Shown here one piece after another: positions 57,132-64,000 of a stretch of 64,000 bases of DNA. The first letter of the stretch is position 1, and the number at the start of each line of letters is the position of its first letter. The translations under genes and the position numbers were made by a program. The notes beneath the pieces were generated by a model. The model had not been told where the DNA came from. It saw only the letters and a list, made by a program, of their open reading frames with translations, and searched no databases. The stretch is from the NCBI RefSeq assembly GCF_009914755.1, contig NC_060938.1, one strand, 5' to 3'. Source of the stretch: the human T2T-CHM13v2.0 reference genome, Homo sapiens.

Positions 57132-57441
57132 GGCTGGGCACAGTGGCTCACGCCTGTAATCCCAGCACTTTGGGAGGCCGAGGCGGGCAGATCACGAGGT
57201 CAGGAGATCAAGACCATCCTGGCCAACATGGTGAAACCCCGTCTCTACTAAAAATACAAAAAAAAATTAGCTGGGTGTGGTGGTGCGTGCCTGTAATCCC
57301 AGCTACTCGGGAGGCTGAGGCAGGAGAATCACTTGAACCAGGGAGTCAGAGGTTGCAGTGAGCCAATATTGTGCCACTGCCCTCCAGCCTGGTGACAGAG
57401 CGAGACTCTGTCTCAAAAAAAAAGAAAAAAAGAAAAAAGAA
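57132..57441 (+). mobile_element. AluSc
   Basis: gatcacgaggtcaggagatcaagaccatcc and cctggtgacag; TSD agaatctagctgtc at 57117-30 and 57442-55. Confidence 0.92.
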
Positions 57442-57457
57442 AGAATCTAGCTGTCTT

Positions 57458-57650
57458 TTTTTTTAATTAATTAATTTATTTATTTATTTTATTTTTATTT
57501 ATTATTATTAGACTTTAAGTTTTAGGGTACATGTGCACAATGTGCAGGTTAGTTACATATATATACATGTGCCATGCTGGTGCGCTGCACCCACTAACTC
57601 ATCCTCTAGCATTAGGTATATCTCCCAATGCTATCCCTCCCGCCTCCCCA
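57458..57650 (-). mobile_element. L1PA2-type 3' end, heavily 5'-truncated
   Basis: Reverse complement gggatagcattgggagatatacctaatgctag..GAGttagtgggtgcagcgcacc...aaaacttaaag plus A-rich tail (GAG rather than ACA/ACG, so not L1HS); TSD ctagctgtctt. Confidence 0.9.
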
Positions 57651-59064
57651 CTAGCTGTCTTCTTTTAAGTCAGACATTAAAGAGATTTGCAAATTGTAAA
57701 ATAATGCCACTCTCTCTATCTTTGGGGGGATGTTTGAAAATGTAGTTATATTTTATTAAAATGTGTATACTAACATGTAATGGAATTGTTATTGTTTTTA
57801 ATAAATGATAAATATTTTTAAATGTCTCCATTTAAATTTCTAATTTGACAAATATCAGTAGAATCCATTCAAAGGGGTACTTGGACCAAAAAATTTTACA
57901 ATTTCTAGGTTATTTTTTTCTTACATTCTTTCAAAAGCCCAGTGCTTTAAATTTTAATGACCACAGGGAGAAGGAACTGACACATATTTGTGTATGTTAT
58001 AATCAGAAAAAAATATGTACAGTTAGGTGATACAGGTGACAGAATTGTCATTTTTTTGAAACTTTCTTTTTGTTTCTGATTATTTCTGCTGTGCAATGTA
58101 CTTTTTCAGCCAGTTTTTGTTATAAGCCTGTTCTCATAAAAATAAGGTCAGGAAGTGACACCAAAACAACTCAGAAGCCTGTGGTGGTTTCTAACTTTAG
58201 AGCTGCCTGTTACAGATAGCTTCATGCTAAACCTTTGCTTGATTTGAGCAGAACAAGGCAGTCACGATACTTCTGAACAAGTGATCAGTGCTGTGAGCAC
58301 TAAAAGCTGAACCTCAAAAACAGCTCAAGATCCATGGACAGAGCCTCAGGAGACACATTTCTATGGCACTCGCTTACTGACTAGCATTCTCCTTTTCTAA
58401 TCAAGGTTCTTGAAAAACAGAGGCTGACTCGTTTGTTAATTTTTTTCAAGCTTTATTGTTTTTTCCTTGAAATTATAGTGATGTGGTATTCTCTCTATGG
58501 AACTGAGGTTTGGGTAAAACAAGAATGATTTAATTTTTTGATAGAAAAGTTAATTGCTCCAGTGTCTGTTTTCATTATACTTCCATTTTATTTCCAGCAA
58601 CCCCTTATCTCTCTGCTCTCTTTGTTTCAAATGAACAAGACAGTAGAGTTTGTTTTCCAGGCCACTTGTGTTGGTAACCCTTTTCCTAAGCTTTCCCTAA
58701 TAACACCCTGTGTCAGTGGACAGGTAGTAGGTAGGAAGACCTGCTTCTTCCCTTCTACCGTGAAACTCGTCTTCAGCATCATTCTTTCATCCTGATGGCT
58801 GAGAGTTGTGTTCTGGTCTCAAGTCAGCAGTGGATAACCCACTGCATGAAGTTGATGGGGAGTGTGGGGCATGGACAACAGTGGCCTGAGGTTGCAGATA
58901 CATTCTTTGTATATGTAAGAGACCACCTTATATTTTGTAAGTGGAAACTTAGTTCTCATAGGATTTTGGAGAAAATCAGTTGCCTCCTCTAGGAATTTTC
59001 ATTTGTTTACAAAATGTCCTGGGTCAAGCAATACTTTTATGTTATCCCCACTTAGGTTTAGTGG

Positions 59065-59102
59065 ATCCATCCATCCATCCATCCACCCACCCACCCACCC
59101 AC
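59065..59102 (+). repeat. (CCAT)n(CCCA)n compound microsatellite
   Basis: Read directly from the sequence. Confidence 0.92.
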
Positions 59103-59941
59103 AGAGTATTTATGTAGAAAACTATGTAATGGATGTATATATTCATGCATGTGTGTATGCATGTACTTAGTAATGACACTGGTTTGTTCTCACAGAACTC
59201 AAAATTTGGTGTGTATGTGGAGACATAAACAATTAGAAAGGTTAACATAATATGTACCTCCACAGGTGGTACATGCTATGGAGAAAATAAAACAGAGTAA
59301 GAGGACAGAGATGGGTCCTATGTGTATGCTGTTTTGTTCAAATCAGATGGTCAGGGAAGGCCCCTCTGATGAGGTATCATTTGAGCCAGAGGTCTGAAGA
59401 AAGGGAGGGAGTGGACCTTGAGTCTGTCTATTGGGATGGGGAACAGGAAGTGCAAATACTGTAAGGGTTGCAGCAGGGAGAGGAGTGTAGCTGGGCCTTG
59501 AGGTCAGGGGAGGTGCCCACATGGTTGTTGGCACAACTTTGGTGCCCTGCTAATGTCACTTTCCTCTTCAAGAACATACCCTTGTCACTTAAGTGATGTT
59601 CACTTATGCTTGCTGCTGGCTTACCATTTGGCTCACTGAGCACGTCTTTTCCCCTTTGGTTAGGGGCTTGAAGAGCACAGCATCACATCTATTTATGACT
59701 TGATGTATTTTGCTAATGCGGAAACCATTCCAAATTCATGATAACAACTTTCTCCAGTTCTGTGAATTCCCTCATGGTTTCTTTTTGTTCTAAGCCAAAT
59801 TAGGAGCCAATCCCCAGCTTAATAAGCATTAAAAGTTCAAATTGACTGTCTGGAAATCTATAACAAGTCCATGCACTCCTAAATATAATTAGCTGTAATT
59901 CAGTTCTAGTTATGGATTATTAAGAAATTACTCTTATTTGA

Positions 59942-60296
<355 letters not shown>

Positions 60297-60917
60297 AAAT
60301 CTTCTATTCTTGAACTTGTGGTGAACTATCATTTGTTGAGGAGTTTTAATAAGTGTTAGTGATAGATCTCTACTAAATAACTGGAGAGGTAAGTAGGTTG
60401 GAGCTCAGTCTTGGTACCTTATAGGGACTTAGTATATAGCTTTTGGAAAGTTAATTCTTACTGAATTTTGATGATACTTCTTGTTTCATGTAAATGTGGA
60501 TGCTTCCGTTATGTGAGTCCTAAGATTTGGGATTTACCAAGTACTGAGAATAGGACCTTCAAAAAATATGAAATGCCAAGAGGATCTGTTTTAAAGCAAT
60601 GGAATTATTTGAGAATTTTGAAAAATACAGATTCTCAGGACCCAGTCTGAATGAGAATCTCTGGGGAAGAGGCCAAGGAAACAGAATTCAGGTAAGCACC
60701 TTGGCTGCTTCCAGTGGTTGGCCAATTTGGATATCCCTGTTGTGTCCTAAATTATACCTAATTTGATTAAAGTTTTGGTGGCTGGGAGGTTTGCTAGTTG
60801 AAAAACACATACAGGAAAAAAAAATGTACAGGGGAGTGTATTGCTTTGGTGTAGTCGTTTAAGAGTTGACAAAAACCCCAAATGTATTCTTTTAAGAACC
60901 TTTTAAAATGCTGCGAC

Positions 60918-60969
60918 AAGGGTCAGGTTACAGTTTTTGCGTTAAGGGTCAGGTTACAGTTTTTGCGTT
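60918..60969 (+). repeat. Perfect 26-bp tandem duplication
   Basis: aagggtcaggttacagtttttgcgtt x2. Confidence 0.95.
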
Positions 60970-63129
60970 GTTAGGGGGGCACATGAGACTCAGCAGCTAC
61001 AGGCCTTGTTAATGTCTGCAAACACTCAGTGCTAATGTGGAGACTCAAGCCAGGCTTGAAAGTGATAAAATCAGGATGGGAATGTTGGCTTTGCTGCCCA
61101 TCAACTGTTAGACTGGAGACAAGTTACAGGCATTTCCTTTTTTGTGGGGTAACTGAGACCAGGAAAAGACAATTGAAAGTGGTTCCAGTTAAAATGGGAG
61201 CCACAGTTTTTTCGTAGTATATATCTTTAAAAAGGTTTGATTAATACTGTTCTTAAAATGACAACAACAATTGTGAAAGGAAATTTCATTCATCTTATAT
61301 TTATCAGTGTTTGGGTTCCAGTGGCACCTGTGTGCTAATTCTTAGAACCAAGAATGGATCACATAACTCAGTAGGTATTTCTCTGACTGATTTGAAAGCA
61401 TGATAACAGCTTCCACTTCACGCTGACTTTCTCAGCATTGTGCCGAGCAGAGTTATTTTTGCAAAAAGGTTTGAAGATTTCATCAGTTTTTCCAGTAGAC
61501 AGGCATGGCTCCACCAGTGTTGGTCTCCTCTTTGTTGGTGATGAACTCGACATCCGAGATTTACTCTGTCAGGGGTTTGCTGTGATTGGAGTAGTGTATT
61601 AGTCAATTTCATGACTTCCTGCATCCACTACAAGATCTCACTTTTTGATCCGGGGCTGATTTTTGTGGCACAGTTTGTATTATGGGATGTATCTGCTACT
61701 CAGAAAGGGAGAACAACAGCCATTTACATGGTGGGCAGGAATAGGGTAGATTTAAGCAAGGAGGGGTGTTAGAGTAGGGACTGATTTAAAAGTGGTCATT
61801 CTGTTCATCAGAGACTATTCTCATGCTCTGACCATTTAGTTTATCTAAATCTTAGGATTATAGGGATTTTAATAATTAATACTCAGATGATGAGTTCAGG
61901 TGTCTCTGTAAAATGAATAATGCATTTATTATTAAGTCTAAATACCCTACCATTCTGAAGGCGGGACTGCATGTCTAATACCACCATCTTATCTAATGGT
62001 TCCTTGGGATCCACCCAGGCACAGGAGAACATAACAATGCTTGGAGGGGTTCTAACCTAGGACTTCAGAAAGAATTCATTGACAAAGACTGAAGCTTAAC
62101 TCTAGGAGGGAACTGTATTGATTTCCTTAAACATACTAAGGAATGGCAATTCAGTAGGACTCTGCTGTCCCCTTCCAGCCCCTCCTCAGTGAGGACCTGG
62201 TGGGGACACTCAGCCAGAGTGTGAAAGGAACAGCTTCAGGGCCCTGCTCAAATGTGTCTGGGAGCTGTCACTTTTTCCATGCCTCTTTCTCGGGTGTTGT
62301 ACGTCCTCATTTGAGACTTTTAATTCCTACATTCTTGGTCTTTGCCTCTCTGAATGCTTGAAGGTCACACTTAAGTACAGCCTTTATAGAACCTTTTGTC
62401 TGATATGCAGAATATTGACTGCATGCTGGCTGTGTCTGTCTGTCTGTGCCTCTGTCTTTCTCTAGCCAGGGATTACAGACTGCCCATGGGCTGAAATCAG
62501 CCTGCAGACCAGTTTTGCTTTGTATGCAGCATGGAATAATGCTTTTGAGGTTTTCCAACTTGAGCTCTTCAGACAGGGCAGGGTTCTCCAGTGTCCCACA
62601 TCCCCTGTTGTCTGAATTTCCTCTGAATTCACACCTCTATGCCTCCTTCTCTGGCCTCAGTTTGCAATCCTGAATCTGAGCATTTGTCCCATGTGTTTAC
62701 TGGGCAGTGTGCAGTGGCCTTGGGGGAGACTTTGAAACATGTTTTAATGAGAAGGATCACTTCTTTACTGGAGTCAAAACTGAAAATACTTTCCCTTCGT
62801 GGAATACCATACAGGCGTCTCTCTTGCACTGTTCAGCATCCCATCCTACTCAGTGGCATTCCCACTCTAGGTTTTGGGTAGTACAGAGTCTCACTGCTTT
62901 GGGGAGCTTTTGGGGGCATGGTGGAGAGAGAAATCTCTTCATTTTTTCAATTTGTTTGGATCAGAAGATTAGCCTGCTTTCAGGTAATAGGTCTACTTTT
63001 AGTGATGCCTACAGTTCCCTGAATGCCCCCCAAAAGTTAATTTCTGGTGTCACTGTTAATCCTTACAGTCAAAATTTCCTGGGAATTGCTATTGGGGATC
63101 TGTAGCTGTGCTGGAGATAGGGGCATGGG

Positions 63130-63290
63130 TAGGGGAGGACCATCAGTTTTGGATCAGATGGACTTGGTTCTGCTGCCTGTCCTTCCTTGCTGCGTGACCT
63201 TAAGCAATGGTTGCCTTATGTGTAAAACAAGGGGCTAATGATACCTAAACCCAGGGTTGCTGCAAAGGTTACATGAGCTTATGCACACAA
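63130..63290 (+). mobile_element. MIR
   Basis: ttttggatcagatggacttgg...gctgcgtgaccttaagcaa...tgtaaaacaaggggctaatgatacct. Confidence 0.65.
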
Positions 63291-64000
63291 GCACACACCC
63301 ACAAAGTGTAGCATTAGGATCTGATGCAGACTATGTTCCCACCCACTTGGGAAGGAAATCCGTGCCCCATTTACTTCCATGTACTTGGTGGTGAATCATC
63401 TAAAAGATACTGGAAAAATGTGATTACAGATGCCCCCTTTCTCGGCCATTGCTTCAAATCCTAGACAGCTATTGAACGTCACCGGATAGACGTCATATTC
63501 TAGGAGGGTGTCAAGTACATACAGGTCTGTGTTTCTATGTGCTTTTTGTAGGAGCTATCAACTATAAAGCTGTGGGTATGAGAATTTCAGGGCAAGGTCG
63601 GGAAGGTGTAGGAGGGATTCACTAACTCTGGGGAAAGTGTGTGCTGCTTTGTCAGTTTCCTGTTCGCTAGGCCACAGGGAATATGTTGGCTCTTTCTGAA
63701 TCTGCCCACCAGAGCCAATGTCATACCTTTTCCCAAGCCACTGCTTGAGGGTCCAGCTAATTGATGCCACCGCATTGCCTCTCCTGGTGAGGACCGACTG
63801 TGCCATGGGGGTGGTGGCTGTGGGCGTAGACAGCCCTGTTCATGGGCATGCACACTGCCATGGGTGCTCCATGGGAATGCTGGTAGATAGCAGAACATGG
63901 ATCAGGAGTTCTACTCTCCAGGATAGCATGACCCAGCCATGGGCTCAAGGAATTGCTCTTTGGGATATGTTTGAAACTCATCCCCTACTCTGGCCGATTC

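Larger units (their letters stand above)
56033..57907 (+). mobile_element. Charlie1a (hAT DNA transposon), near full-length, split by Alu and L1 insertions
   Basis: 5' end ttctcaaagtgtgatcc...cactgtgttgacatttgc...tggtgcaaaa; internal gcagatatgagaatctagctgtc...cagacattaaagagatttgc; 3' end aaaggggtacttggaccaaaaa. Confidence 0.8.

Noticed and set aside
56033-57907. Domesticated hAT transposase gene
   Set aside because: The Charlie1a coding remnant is broken by stops, frameshifts and two insertions.
61539-61659. Possible C/D-box snoRNA (GTGATGA ... CTGA)
   Set aside because: No terminal stem, no convincing C'/D' boxes, no recognisable rRNA antisense element, and far from a splice acceptor.

Overview
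Human (primate) genomic DNA, not microbial. The window lies inside PRKCH (protein kinase C eta, + strand). The only recognisable coding sequence is a 64-nt exon at 45842-45905 encoding VDLEPEGKVFVVITLTGSFTE, the end of the PKC-eta C2 domain (canonical exon 2), with canonical AG/GT splice sites. The rest is intron: about 45.8 kb of intron 1 and 18.1 kb of intron 2. It is filled with about 22 Alus, MIR/L2/CR1 relics, old L1 fragments, one young L1PA2 3' end, a full-length MSTA/THE1-type MaLR provirus, a near-complete Charlie1a and several MITEs (MER3, MER5A, MER46C, MER58A). None of the listed ORFs is a credible gene. I see no clear new biological system. The best leads are a possible in-frame 18-nt microexon, a possible alternative first exon giving a uORF plus a C2-less kinase isoform, lymphoid-type enhancer motif clusters, a dispersed 73-bp duplication of unique sequence, repeat-generated motif arrays, and one target site reused by an Alu and an L1 inside a DNA transposon. 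Repeat subfamily names come from recalled consensus sequences and their boundaries are approximate.
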